A stretch of 64,000 nt of DNA from Octopus sinensis (GCF_006345805.1 NC_043004.1:39866001-39930000); one strand, 5' to 3'; shown: positions 37,040 to 50,499, counted from the first letter of the stretch. Notes: generated by a model from the sequence alone, not told the origin. Program-made: numbers and translations.

Positions 37040-37723
37040 TACATTATCTTAATGTAACAATAACTTAATTGAGAATTTTAATGAAAATTGTAATGACATT
37101 ATAAAATAATATCTATTGATTTAGTTTGTTTGTATGTCACCCTTTCTTAATAATGCAAGACTCTGTGTGTGTGTGTGTGTATGTGTGTGTGTTTTATTCG
37201 AAAATTGATGATAAACTGTCTGAATCAGAGGAATTAAAATATATGGACTAAAGATTATCTTGGTTTCTTCACTAGTTTTAGTAAATATATATATATTTTT
37301 CTTTTTTGTCACAGAACAATGCTAAGTCTAAACATTCTCAAACATAAAGATACTTCTTTTTTCAGTTTGCCCATATATGGGTTGGGTAACCAAGATCAAC
37401 TCAGACTGCGCTAGCAAAAGCATTCCAAACATGACCATCCAAGCTAGTCCTTCTTGTGCTTTTTTTTTTTTTTTAATATAAGTCTACACCATTATCCAAA
37501 ATGCCCTTCCAATTTTTTTTAAGATCCACAAATAAAACATAGTACAGTCATATGTTTGACTTCTGCCCCTGGTGTTTCAGGGCTTTAGAGCAAGAAACTT
37601 TCTTATATGCACTTTAGGGAGGTGTGCACACAGTAACATGGCCAATATCTCCAATCAATCAAGGTAGCAATCAGAAAATTCTCAAATTACATTTTAACAA
37701 AGAAAAAAAAAATGCTAGTCCTA

Positions 37724-38143
37724 GGCGAAGGAGTGGCTGTGTGGTAAGTAGCTTGTTTACCAACCACATGGTTCCGGGTTCAGTCTCACTGCATGGCACC
37801 TTTGGCATGTATCTTCTACTATAGCCAAGGGCCGCCCAAAGCCTTGTGAGTGGATTTGGTAGACGGAAACTGAAAGAAGCCCATCGTATATATATATATA
37901 TATATATATGTACGTGTGTGTATGTTTGTGTGTCTGTGTTTGTCCCCCTAGCATTGCTTGACAACCGATGCTGGTGTGTTTATGTCCCCGTTACTTAGCG
38001 GTTCGGCAAAAGAGACCGATAGAATAAGTACTGGGCTTACAAAAGAATAAGTCCCGGGGTCGAGTTGCTCGATTAAAGGCGGTGCTCCAGCATGGCCGCA
38101 GTCAAATGACTGAAACAAGTAAAAGAGTAAAGAGTAAAGAGTA
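37724..38143 (+). mobile_element. Full-length tRNA-derived SINE family A
   Basis: tRNA-like head (gtggctgtgtggtaag...ggttccgggttcagtc), internal (TA)/(TG), (GAGTAAA)n tail; near-identical to 45899-46305. Confidence 0.9.
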
Positions 38144-38593
38144 AATAAAAAAAATCACATGGTGGTATGGTCACATCTGGAATACCTTCTTTGCTCAGAA
38201 CTGAACTGACCCCCAAAGCTCAACAAACAACTGTGATGACCTTCTAATCTTATACAACCAGATATTTTGTAAACCTCTGATTCATGAGACAAAGCAAGAG
38301 AAAGTGCAAGGATTTCACATGGACAGGACATGCTTGTAATCTATCAAAAAGAAAAAATTAAACATTAATAAACAAACAAAAGACAAAAAAAATATATATA
38401 AAGAAAAGAGAGAGACAGGGAGAGAAAGAAAAAATAAGATACCAGTTTTAGTTATTACAGTATAGATATACAAATTAAATATTTTATATAACAAGAAGCC
38501 ATTTTTCAAGGTGTAAAAAATAAAATAAAAAAACAAATAAAAGTTCGCTTGAAAAAATTATAATTCCCAAAACCCATTAACATATTCTTTTAT

Positions 38594-38800
38594 TCTTTTA
38601 CTTGTTTCTGTCATTTGACTGCAGCCATGCTGGAGCATCGCCTGAAGGGTTTTAGTTGAACAAATTGACCCTAAGACTATATATTTTTTTTGAAGCCTAG
38701 TAGTTATCCTATTGGTTCCTTTAACCAAACGGCTAAGTTACAGGGACATGAACACACCAATACCGGTTGTCAAGCAGTGATGGGAGGACAAACATACACA
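38594..38800 (-). mobile_element. SINE family A 3' half, inverted relative to 37724-38143
   Basis: Reverse complement of the family A tail. Confidence 0.75.
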
Positions 38801-38839
38801 CATAGATATAAATACATATACATATATATATATATGTGT

Positions 38840-39170
38840 ATGTATAATCATCGTTTAAAGTCCGTTTTCCATGCTGGTATGGGTTGGACAGTTTGGCTGG
38901 GGACTGGGAAGCCAGTAGGCTGTTCCAGGCTCCAATCTGATCTAGCAAGGGTTCTACAGCTCGATGCACTTTCTAGTGCCAACCATTCCGAGAGTGTAGT
39001 GGATGCTTTTTACATGCCACTGGCATGGAAGCCAGCTGGGTGGCACTGGCATTGACCATGTTTGGGTGGTGCTACTGGCATCGACCCATGCTTGAATGGT
39101 GCTTATTATGTGGCATCACCATGGGTGCCAGTCAGGTGGCACTGGCATCAGCCACAACTGCAATTTCCAT
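38840..39170 (-). mobile_element. Family R retroposon with internal tandem units
   Basis: Similar to 26610-26960. Confidence 0.8.
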
Positions 39171-39210
39171 TTTGATTTTGATCTTGATTTGCTTTTGATA
39201 TATATATATG

Positions 39211-39286
<76 letters not shown>

Positions 39287-39320
39287 CATACATACATACA
39301 CACACATATATGTATGTATG

Positions 39321-39367
<47 letters not shown>

Positions 39368-39529
39368 ATATATATGTGTGTGTGTATATATAATATATGT
39401 ATATAATTTAGAGAAAAACCACTATTAAAAAATTCAATAGAGAAAGATGTTATTCACACCATATAGAAAAAATATACTATAAAATAAAATATTATTTTAA
39501 ATCAATAAAGTACAAAAAATAGTAAATAG

Positions 39530-39700
39530 TAGTAACAATTTAAATTGGGAAATGGTTTGTAAGGCAAAATCATATCGAATAGTCAGTAATTTTTGTTTAT
39601 TATGTACTAATAAATTTAAGGATATATTATTAACTAATAAAAATTTAATTAATTCCCTCAAGGAATGAAAAATTAAATGTAGACACAAATTAAATTAATT
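39530..39700 (+). mobile_element. PLE GIY-YIG C-terminal remnant
   Basis: NLNWEMVCKAKSYRIVSNFCLLCTNKFKDILLTNKNLINSLKE*KIKCRHK fits the W..AxxY..CxLCxxE..NLxNxxxE..CRH ending of PLE ORFs. Confidence 0.75.
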
Positions 39701-39899
39701 ATTATATAAGTTTAGCTAATTTGTGTAAATATATAAACCCTATTTTATGTTACTAATTGTAGTAGTTATAATTTGTAGTAGTATAGTGTGTATAAATTAG
39801 CATGAGATTATATAGTCTATATTACATAATTAGAATAAGTGGAAAATTAGATTCAATTATAGAATTTTAGCTTAATTTATGTTTATTATATTGTCATCA

Positions 39900-40290
39900 T
39901 CATCATCAACGTTTAACATCCGCTTTCCATGTATTGGACGATTTGACTGAGGACTGACAAACCAGATGGCTGCACCAGGCTCCCATCTGATCTGGCAGAG
40001 TTTCTACAGCTGGATGCCATTCCTAACACCAACCACTCCAAGAGTGTAGTGGGGACTTTTACGTGTCACCGGCACAAGGGCAATGGCCACGCTCAAATGG
40101 TGATTTTTACATGCCACCTGTACAGGAGCCAGTCCAGCAGCTCTTGCAACAACCTCAATCGAATGTTTTTTTCACATGCCACCAGCACAAGTGCCAGTAA
40201 GGTGACGCTGATAATGACCACGCTCGAATGGTGCTTTTTACGTGCCACTGGCACAGAAGCCGGTTTGTTGCTCTGGCAACGATCACACTA
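39900..40290 (-). mobile_element. Family R retroposon with internal tandem units
   Basis: (CAT)n, tail reverse complement and repeated units. Confidence 0.8.
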
Positions 40291-40402
40291 GTAGTATATC
40301 TTCTTTGCTAATGTCAGTGTATTCCATCGTAACTGCCTTGCTGATTATAGGTTCATCAGATCCTTTTGTATTTCCATTTGCATCTAGAATGATTTATAGA
40401 AA

Positions 40403-40788
40403 TCTCTCTCTATATAAACGGCAGTTTGTCTGTGTGTGTTTCTGTGTGTCTGTTTGGTTGTACCCTCACTCTGACCATGGCTTTCAACCGATTCTGATGA
40501 AACTTGACACACACATAGCCCAATGTCATAATTCAAAACTAACACAGCGAAAATTTTGAAAAGTTCCCCCAGTTCTGAAAAAGATCGATAAATTCGACAT
40601 GGGGTCGACAATCAGAAACACAAACCACAGATGGTCTAGGGGACGCAACTCGACCTTTTTAACTATCAAAAAAAATTTACCATCATTTTTTCCCCCATTT
40701 TTTTTGCTATTTTTGGGCTATAACTCTCTAAAAATGCTTTATAGTTATTTCCCTTACAAACCCGAGCAACACCGGGCGATACTGCTAG
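40403..40788 (+). mobile_element. Non-autonomous Helitron, copy 2
   Basis: A|TC start; hairpin cccgagcaacaccggg (40761-40776); CTAG|T end; first ~200 bp nearly identical to copy 1. Confidence 0.9.
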
Positions 40789-41559
40789 TGTTAAATAAAT
40801 CCTAGTCTCAGACTGGTACAATATATTTTAACATGAAGCAAGGGATGTATGACAAAGTTGACTTTCAATGTATTTGAGCCTAAAACATAAAGAATCGTTA
40901 GTCGAAATTGTAGTTGTGGTTGAAGTGGTAATGGCAGGGATTTTTGCTGGTGGCTGCTGTAGCAGTGGTGGTTGAAAGAGCACAACTTCAAATGAAATGC
41001 CTCTGAAAGCAACTTCCAGTCAAGATAAATTTCTAACAAAACAAAGAAGGAAACATATGGTGTGTGTGTGTGTGTGTGTGCATGCAGATGTACATGTATG
41101 TGTGTGATTGTGACTGTGTCTACATGTATATGTGTGGCAATGTGTGGGTACATATGCTTGTATGTAGGTGCATATGTAGTGAACACTAGTGCATGTGAAT
41201 ATCACTAATAGATTAACCAAGTGTCTAATCTGGTTAATCTATTAGTTCTGGTGATGATGATGCTGTTTAGTCTCAACCAGCTCTGATTAAACAGAATTTC
41301 ATTCAAAGCCATTCCAGCCTTGACCAACTCATCATTTTGCACAGCTACATCAATAAATGTTAAAGTATCCTACTTTTTACTTTTTAATGATACAGTGTGA
41401 TTTGAGAGAATTTGGTTGTTATTTCTAGTAAGTCAAGTGACCTAAGAAAGGCTTCTTTGGTGTAGTTCGTGGTTAGTTATACAACTGGTATAGTAGTGGT
41501 GATGGTGGTAGTAATGATGGTGATAGTACTGTTGGTATTGACTGTGATATAGGATTTCC

Positions 41560-41890
41560 TGGTATGTAGCTGAGTGGTCAGAGTGTTGGGCTCACAATCA
41601 TGAGGTAGTGAGTTCAAATCCTGGACTGGGCTGTGTGTTATGTTCTTGAGCAAGACACTTTATTTCACGTTGCTCCAGTTCACTCAGCTGTGGAAGTGAG
41701 TTGTGACGTCACTGGTACCAAACTGTATTAGCCTTTGTCTTTTCCTTGGAGAACATCAGCGGCATGGAGAGGGGTATGCTATGGGTGACTGCTGCTCTTC
41801 CATACACAACTGAGCCCAGACTTGTGCCTCGGAGGGTAACTTTCTAGGTGCAATCTCACGGTCGTTCATAACCGGAAGGGGTCTTTACTC
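41560..41890 (+). mobile_element. tRNA-derived SINE family D
   Basis: tagctgagtggtcag A box and gagttcaaatcc B box; inverted copy at 45015-45345 and 5' part at 55632-55785. Confidence 0.8.
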
Positions 41891-42169
41891 TATTACCAAA
41901 TACTAATAACCACACAAGCAATTGTTCTAAGAGGATGGGGGGGGGGGTGTATGTGTGTGTGTATTTACAAAGATATGTGAATGAGCATCTAAATATAAAC
42001 ATACATGTATTTATATATATATATATATATAAATGCACAAATATATATCTTAGGCAGCATTTGTGAGCATGCAGATATACATGTGAGTGCATGTAGGTGA
42101 ATGAGAGTGCATGTGTTGGTGTTAATGTGCATATATCTAGGTACATGTGCATAATGTGCAGTAGAGTCA

Positions 42170-42715
42170 AATAATGAGTGGACAGGTGAAGTACAACACA
42201 GGCTTATTGCAGTTAGTGAATAATTTCATTCTATCAGGTGCAAAGATCAAATTAGTGGCCGAGAAGAAATAGTTGACTCCACTGACCCTAGTATATATAA
42301 TATTACTGCTATGTATCCTGCAAGGAATGGAATGAAATTCAAAACTCAGAATCAACGAAAACAAATTCTTTCCTAAGCCTTCGAACATTCTTTCAATCAA
42401 CGTACCCTTCCCTCTCCACTTGTTCCCTACCTATTATTCCTTTAACCCTTCTCTTCCTACTATCTATCTTTGACGTCAATTCTTCTAACGGTTTTTTTTA
42501 AAAAAACACTCATTATCGCTTTGTTTACCATGTAGGCAGTCATCGAAATTTTTGTTTGTCTTGTTGTCGAGAGAGGCTCCCTTTCTTTCCTGATGAGAAG
42601 ATTGCATAATGCACCCTTTATTCCTTTGGAATGAAAACATGTTGTCTTCGAAACATATGTCGAGAGTAAAGGAATTTTGTTAACATCTTCGTTCGACTCC
42701 ATTCTTTCATTTATT
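42170..42715 (+). mobile_element. Probable PLE 3' end / pseudo-LTR
   Basis: Decayed ORF-like end, pyrimidine-rich UTR, embedded hammerhead, terminating at (TA)n. Confidence 0.5.
42580..42672 (+). ncRNA. Type I hammerhead ribozyme with canonical core and extended, branched stem II
   Basis: CUGAUGA 42590-42596; stem II GAAGA/UCUUC; GAAA 42650-42653; palindromic stem III ACAUAUGU; GUC triplet ending at 42661; 10-bp stem I CCUUUCUUUC/GAGAG(U)AAAGG. Confidence 0.85.
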
Positions 42716-42734
<19 letters not shown>

Positions 42735-42748
<14 letters not shown>

Positions 42749-42966
42749 GTATAAGTTTGTGTGTCTGTGTTTGTCCCCCCAACATCGCTTGACAACCGAT
42801 GCTGGTGTGTTTACGTCCCCGTAACTTAGCGGTTCAGCAAAAGAGACCGATAGAATAAGTACTAGGCTTACAAAGAATAAGTCCTGGGGTTGATTTCCGC
42901 GACTAAATGCGGTGCTCCAGCATGGCCGCAGTCAAATGACTGAAACAAGTAAAAGAGTAAAAGAGT
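42735..42966 (+). mobile_element. SINE family A 3' half
   Basis: Matches 37920-38143. Confidence 0.85.
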
Positions 42967-43799
42967 GGAACTGAACCCAGAACTTGTGATTGCAAAGTAA
43001 ACTTCTCTACTAATTAACCAGATCTATGCACTGCTGAGAGAATAGGTGCAGTTGGATAATTCTTACTAATACTGAACTTTGGTTCTGAAGACTGGAACTT
43101 CATTAATTCCACAGAGTGTAATTTAATTTCATCTAATACTTGTGAATTCTAACTGAGAAAGTTGTCACAGCCAATTACTATATTGTTGGTGTAGGTATTA
43201 AAAGTAAAGCTACTTCTTGGATAGGATGGCAGTTTATTTCAGATAGCTTTTATAAAGTGATATTGCTATCTAACTGCTAAGTAATTTGGTTACCTGTTGC
43301 CAACAGCCAGGTAGGCTGAAGCAATGCAGAATGACATGTCCAGCTCAACGATAACAATAAAACACCAAATGCAAGTTTGTACCTACAATGCTTCCACTAC
43401 ACTAACCACTCTATTACTGATAGCTGAGCCAATGAGGAAACCTGATATGGTCAATTAATCTCCAAGACAGCAGTGAAATGTCCCTCAAGCCATACACTAT
43501 CAGTTTATAAAAAGAAAAAAAAAATGATACACTTGATAATAGAGAGTTCTATTCTTAAAAAAAAAAAACCCAAAAAAGATAGGATGGTCATGGTTGGAAT
43601 GCCTGATTATAGATCTATTCAATCAGTGCTAGCTTGGGGCTAAACAAGAACTGACAACTGCAGACTTGCTATTGCATTAAATTTCAATATTGGAGGGCAA
43701 TGGAACAATCAGATAGAACCAAAGTAGTTCTGTCTGTTAATGTAGTGGTGGCACCATTAAAGAATTCAAGATATAATCTGTTCCTGAACATAGATCTAA

Positions 43800-44075
43800 T
43801 CATATGGAGAATGAAGGAATAGGAGGGGGTGAGGGCTGGAGGTGGAAAAGAAGAGGAAAACAAAGGTAGGAGGGAAGAATAAAAGACCGGGTAGGAGGAG
43901 GGGGAGAAAAATAAGAGGGGAAGTGGGGGAATAGAGGTATACGGGGGGAGTGTGAAGAAAGAAAACAAATGAAATAATAAAGAATAGGGGAAGAATAAAA
44001 GGAAAAGGGGAGAAGAAAGAAAAAGAAGAAAATGAGAGGTGAAAGAGGAGGGTGGAGAATAGAAGGGGCAAAAAT
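43800..44075 (+). repeat. Polypurine low-complexity tract
   Basis: Almost purely G/A for ~270 bp. Confidence 0.8.
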
Positions 44076-44522
44076 AGGTTAGCTATATTGATGCTCCGAA
44101 AGCTTCTGATTAAACATGATCGGTTATCAGAAAGTAGACATCGATATATAAACACTAGCATTAAGGAGCATCAAGCCGACATACTAGAAATTGCAGCCAA
44201 ACCTTCCTCAAATCACACTTTATAAACTGTCTTGGAAAAGAAATGATACATTCAATAAATGTTGTCTTCTATAAACTGTCTGAAGGAGTGAGGCCAGACT
44301 GGAGCAGGGTCTAAAATAAATCACCATGACAACAATGAACCGGAATACAATGTCCTGCCAAATGAGATTCCTAATTTGGCAAGAAATATTCTAAGATATA
44401 CAGAATAAATATGACTAGTAAGGTTTGGGCAAATCTGTGGGCTTGCTTCTGTTTTTTTCTTTTACTGGCATTTTCAGTTTTTTCTTTATTTTGTTTTCAT
44501 AAAAAATTACTGTTAAAAGAAA

Positions 44523-44830
44523 GGCGCAGGAGTGGCCAACCAATGCCTTGTGAGTGGATTTGGTAGACAGAAACTGAAAGAAGCCTGTCGTATATATGTA
44601 TATATATATGTATGTGTGTGTGTATGTTTGTGTGTCTGTGTTTGTCTCCCTAGCATTGCATGACAACCGATGCTGGTGTGTTTACATCTCCGTCACTTAG
44701 CAGTTCGGCAAAAGAGACTGATAGAATAAGTACTGGGCTTACAAAGAATAAGTCCTGGGGTCGATTTGCTCAACTAAAGGCGGTGCTCCAGCATGGCCGC
44801 AGTCAAATGACTGAAACAAGTAAAAGAGTA
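44523..44830 (+). mobile_element. SINE family A with internal deletion in the head
   Basis: ggcgcaggagtggc is joined directly to caaccaatgccttgtgagtgg; the rest matches family A. Confidence 0.85.
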
Positions 44831-45014
44831 TTCCTACTTGTATGAGAAAATATAGGTTAACAACCTCTCAGAGACAAATAAACCAAGGCAAGGAGTATTG
44901 TGTTGTGCCTTGTCAAAGGGTGACAAACTTAAAGGTGGTTATTAGTGGTAGTAATGATGGTATAGGTTAGCCTTTTAGTATTCAGATTACTTTCTCATAT
45001 GCTTAAAGAGTAAA

Positions 45015-45345
45015 GACCCCCTTCAGTCATGAATGACCATGGGATTGCACCTAGAAAGTTACCCTCTGAGGCACAAGTCCAGGCAAGGTTGTTTATGGAA
45101 GACCAGCAGTCACCCATGCATACCAGCCTTCCCTCTCAACACCACTGATGTTATTCAAGGGAAAGCCAAAGGCCAATATAGCTTGGCACCAGTGACATCA
45201 CAACTCATTTCTTCAGATGAGTGAACTGGAGCAATGTAAAATAAAGTGTCTTGCTCAAGAACACAACACACCACAGCCTGATCCAGGAATCGAGTACACA
45301 ACCTCACAATTGTGAGAACGATGTTCTAACTACTGAGCCTTGCAC
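45015..45345 (-). mobile_element. SINE family D
   Basis: Reverse complement of 41560-41890. Confidence 0.8.
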
Positions 45346-45364
45346 CTAGTGCTTACTCATTCAC

Positions 45365-45530
45365 ATCGCTTTGAATTAATCCTTCATTATCTTGTAGCTT
45401 CAAACTTTTGATGAAGAAATTGTTTTATTTTAGAATGATATTATAAGGGAGAAATGAAAGGCCAGACCTGGCTGGTTTGAACATAGAACTGGCTGGATGT
45501 GGCCTGATTATTCAAATGCTAAAGGGTGAA
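45365..45530 (-). mobile_element. piggyBac-like MITE family M, partial
   Basis: Reverse complement match; ends aatgctaaagggtgaa. Confidence 0.65.
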
Positions 45531-45898
45531 ACTTTTGACCTTGTTGCTAGTAGTCCAGCGCCCCTAATTTTAATGAAGTAGAAAGCCATGACCAAAAAAG
45601 CAGCCAAGAAGAAAAGGGAAATTTATAAAATCCATCCAAATCTATCCACCATGTGTTGCAGTCTACAAAACAGATTATAGGTGGGTACTCAATCTGCTAG
45701 AAATCACATCAAATTTCCTCCTTACATTCTCAAAGGAAATAATGGTTTCATATTTTGGCACAGGGCAAGCAACTTTTAAGAGAAGGGGTAAGTCAATTAC
45801 ATTAACCCTGTACATGACTGGTACCTATTTTATCAATGCTGAAAGGATGAAAGACATTGTTGACCTTGGCAGAATTTAAACTCAGCACTTAAAGATAG

Positions 45899-46305
45899 GG
45901 CTGTGTGGTAAGTAGCTTGTTTACCAACCACATGGTTCCGGGTTCAGTCCCACTGTGTGGCACCTTGGGCAAGTGTCTTCTTCTATAACCTCGGGCCGAC
46001 CAAAGTCTTGTGAGTGGATTTGGTAGACGGAAACTGAAAGAAGCTCGTCGTATATATGTATAGATATATATGCATGTGTGTGTGTTTGTGTGTCTGTGTT
46101 TGTCCCCCTAGCATTGCTTAACAACCGATGCTGGTGTGTTTATGTCCCCGTTACTTAGCGGTTTGGCAAAAGAGACCGATAGAATAAGTACTGGGCTTAC
46201 AAAAAGAATAAGTCCCGGGGTCGAGTTGCTCGATTAAAGGCGGTGCTCCAGCATGGCCGCAGTAAAATGACTGAAATAAGTAAAAGAGTAAAAGAGTAAG
46301 AGTAA
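45899..46305 (+). mobile_element. SINE family A nested in an oppositely oriented family B SINE (45770-45898 and 46306-46345)
   Basis: The family B sequence resumes after the family A tail. Confidence 0.85.
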
Positions 46306-49300
46306 GTATTTTGTCCAAAGTGCTAATGGTCTTGCCAGCTTGCTGCTTTATTCTTAAAAGAAATAACGATATGATAGATAATGCAGTCCGAAGATATACA
46401 CTGTATGAATAAAAGACATGATGACCATGGCTAGTGCAGTTTTGATTACAGTTCTTTCAGATTGGGTCAGAGCTGAACTGAGACTACACAACAACGATAT
46501 ATTTTTCTCAAGAGTACAAAAACAAGGAAAGGAAATACACTTGGGAAAGAGAATTTACACAAGTGGGAAGAGAGAGAGAGAAAGAGCGAAGGAAGCAGAA
46601 TAATTAGAGATAAAAGATGGAATTGAATGAGGGTGGAGCAGTAGAAAAGAGGAAGGTGTGAAATAAGGGGAGGCAGTTTTCAATTAAAAGTAATAATTCC
46701 CTTTGCACTATAAGATAATCCTCTTGAAGAATTCTTATCGTGATATATAGGATATTAGTTCAATAATAAATCCCCCATAGAAAAATAATAAAAACGGCAA
46801 AGACAAAAATAATAATTAAAAAAAAAACGGAAAAAAACAAATGTCTATGATTATTTAAAAGAGTGGTGGATAGGGATAAACTATAGTATATCTATAAAGT
46901 AATCAATGGTAATGTAATTCCCAGAAATAATCAGCTTTGGTATCTTCCAAACTGTCGTCAAAGAATATAGTGCAACATAGGTAATCTGGCCTGTGAAGTC
47001 TTTCAGTGACATTGTTATATTTTTGGGTTCATGATATTTTTTTCTTATTTTTTTCTATTTTGTTGTTGTTGTTGTTCTTAACGATAATAATCCTCCTATC
47101 CATGACCACCCTTTCTTGCAATAATCTTCAGCATCTTTTTTGTTTTTTTTAAAAATTTTTTATTTTTATTTTTCAAAACCAGCAACTTTCAATGACAAAT
47201 AGGATTTCACTCTCTACCTTTTCCCTGACCACTGTCATCCAACACACACACACACACACACACACATACACACACAATCATGCTTCCTTGAATGCAGCTA
47301 AAGATAATCTTCCAGCATGGCTAATCCTGTATACGTACAACATGTTGTTCACATTTGCTAAAAGTTAGTTGTATTTCCATTATAATTAACAGAAATGAAA
47401 ATGGCTCAAGTAACCTCATTTCATGAACTGATGGGATTATCCAAAAGGTGACTTAGGTACATTTTTTTTTCTAATTTTTTTCCTTTGTTTTTTTTTTTTT
47501 GCTTCTCCTTGCAGTAATAGCATTTGGCAAGGCCAAAGGGTCCTTGGGATGTTGGACCACTGAATACAAAGATCATAAGTTCAAAACTATGTTGTTCTAT
47601 AGACTAGTCCAAACATGTCTGTGTGGTAAGAAGCTTGCTCCCCAACCATATGGTTTTGGGTTCGGTTCCACAGTGTAATACTTTGGACAATGCATGACCA
47701 AACCATTGTAATCTCCTTGTCAGAAGAGGTGTATCTATATAGGTTTAGTAGCCTGATAAATTACCTCCTGTATTGTTTCTTAAGGTAGTCATCACCATCA
47801 TAATTTAACATCCTTTTTTCTATGCTGTCATCGGTCAAAAAGTTTGACAAGAACACATGAGTTAGGGGGTTATTCCAAGTTCTATGTCTGCTCTGGCATG
47901 GTTTCTACAGGTGGGATGCTCTTCCCAACACCAAACACTTTACAGAGTGTACTGAGTGCTTTTCACATGGCACCAGCACTGTTGAGGTCCTCAAGTACCT
48001 AAAAGGTAAGAACCCCATCAACTGAGCAGGATATACACTGGAGCAAAAAAAAAAGAAAAAATATGATAGAGGGTCCATTGACACCTGCTCTCCCTCATCA
48101 GTTGATGCTGGTGGTAGTTAATGAAATAGATGGAAACTATGTGGTAGCCAATCACATTAGCTATATCTGTTCTTCGGCCAGTATACTAAATTTGTTGCCC
48201 TGTTTAACAATGCACCAAACCCTTAGGTACCTTCAATGAAATCCAATCTGTTGTGATCATTCAAACCAAGTGTCTAGTTTGAAGATGACCCATGATTAGG
48301 GGGCTCTTCCTCCTTCTTACAACCATTCTCCAAGGTCCTGTGAAATATAGTTACTACCATCACCTCTCTAACTAAACTATTAACTGAAAAAAGAGAAATA
48401 ACATGTCTTGGCTATGAGACAGAACTTGACATTTGTAGGATACGAAGTGCTGACCTTCTAGCTTAGTTGTCCAAAGCCTTTTTGAGTGCCATCTACTTTT
48501 TTCCATTAAGGATGATAAAATAAAACAAGCAAAAAAAAAAATAATTAAAACTGAAACAAAGCTATGGTTAAATACCCATTTGCTAATGTGATTGTAGCCC
48601 TTCATACCGGATCTATCTGGGTTGAGCAGTCAAGAATTATCTACTATCTACCTCCACTAATGTATTAAAAAGTATTTCATAACTTGGTCTTTCATGTGGT
48701 TGTTGTCATATTTATGGTCCCTTAAATGTTTCTTACATTTCTGATAATCAAGCAAAATGGCTGAGGAGTTAACGTGCTAGAGTACCAGCCACAAGGTCAC
48801 GAGATCAAGACTAAGATGAAACTCTGCTCCATAAATATTCCTTGCCTCTCTTCCACTTACTTCAGAATGAGGTTAGCTAGTAGCTGAGAGCGCTTCCAAC
48901 AATAAAAGCATTTATCAATCCAATAATATGCAAAAGTTTAAAACATGAAAAACTATCACACGTAGAAAATTTGGATGACATAAAAATAAAGTCTCTCTCA
49001 AATGTTTTGTTGTCCTAGCATGTAAACCTTGCAAGTTATCTCTTTTGGAGTCAACTAATTCCTACAGTCTCAGGTTTTCTATTTACAATGCCATTAAAAG
49101 CATTAACAGCAATGTCTGGCGCTTATCGAACAAATAAGGTATTAATAGAAGCCAGGGGGAGGGGGGGGGAAGAAAAGAAAAGCAGAAAACACTGCAACAG
49201 AACCTCAATTTAACCAGTTATGACAAATACTAACACTTGAATCTAAAATTTATTTAGAAAATGAATTTAAAAACAAATAATTTTCTATTAATTTTATCAC

Positions 49301-49534
49301 CCACCCTACCTGATCCCTTCCACTCCAGCTAGATTGTAGTAAATGGAAAACAGAACTGAATAGAATATTTCAAGAACATTAGGAAGGAACAAGGAAGTAA
49401 AAGAGAAGAATCTAAAGGAAAGTATAATATTGAATAAAATATTTCAAAAATAAAAAAAAAATTCTATAATATTTTTCTACCACACAGACAAAAATACAAA
49501 ACACAAGAATCGAAAAATGGCTTCTTTTCTAAAT

Positions 49535-49615
<81 letters not shown>

Positions 49616-49980
49616 AAGAGAGAAAAAAATAAATAAAAAAATTTTGAAATTAGAAAATTCAGCCTAAACAAAAATCAAGCTAAATATGATGAGAAATATA
49701 TTTGGTGAAACAATGATAAAACCAAGAACGAAATTAAAGAGTTTCAAAAAATAAATAATATGCACAATGAAATGTACATCTAAGAAGATAGATTGTAGTT
49801 TTGAAGTAAAAGAAAAAAAAAATTTTGTTTTTAAATCATAAATGGTGCTAGATCTTGTTTTCAAAATTGTTCAATTTATATGCCTGTTTATCCTTTTATT
49901 TTTATTTTATACTTTTTCCTAAATTTGTCATTTGTTTAAAATAAAAACAAAAATGGTGTGCATATATATATATATATATC

Positions 49981-50018
<38 letters not shown>

Positions 50019-50318
50019 GTATTTAAAGCACTATGATTTAAATATGAAAAAGAAAAAGAATTTTGATTATTTAACAAAAGAAGCATAAATTCCAAAAATG
50101 GCAAGAAGTAAGTTTTCTTCGTTAGTTTCTGTTCCTAAAAATCCATTTTTAAAAACACTTTAATAGGTTCTTGATTAATGTTCATGCAAAGTAACCCAGA
50201 GAATGCTCTCTCTCAATGTGTTTACCAAAATAAATATTTAATTGGATGTGGTTTTCAATTATCCATAGAAATGATAAACAAATATTTCTATAATTAATGT
50301 ACTTTGCTTCCTGGAATT

Positions 50319-50350
<32 letters not shown>

Positions 50351-50441
50351 AAACATACACTAAATTTATATACACAAACACATATTTAAAAACATTTTTT
50401 ACTAAAGCTAACAACTAGTCTGTTTATCATGTGCTTCTTGT

Positions 50442-50499
<58 letters not shown>

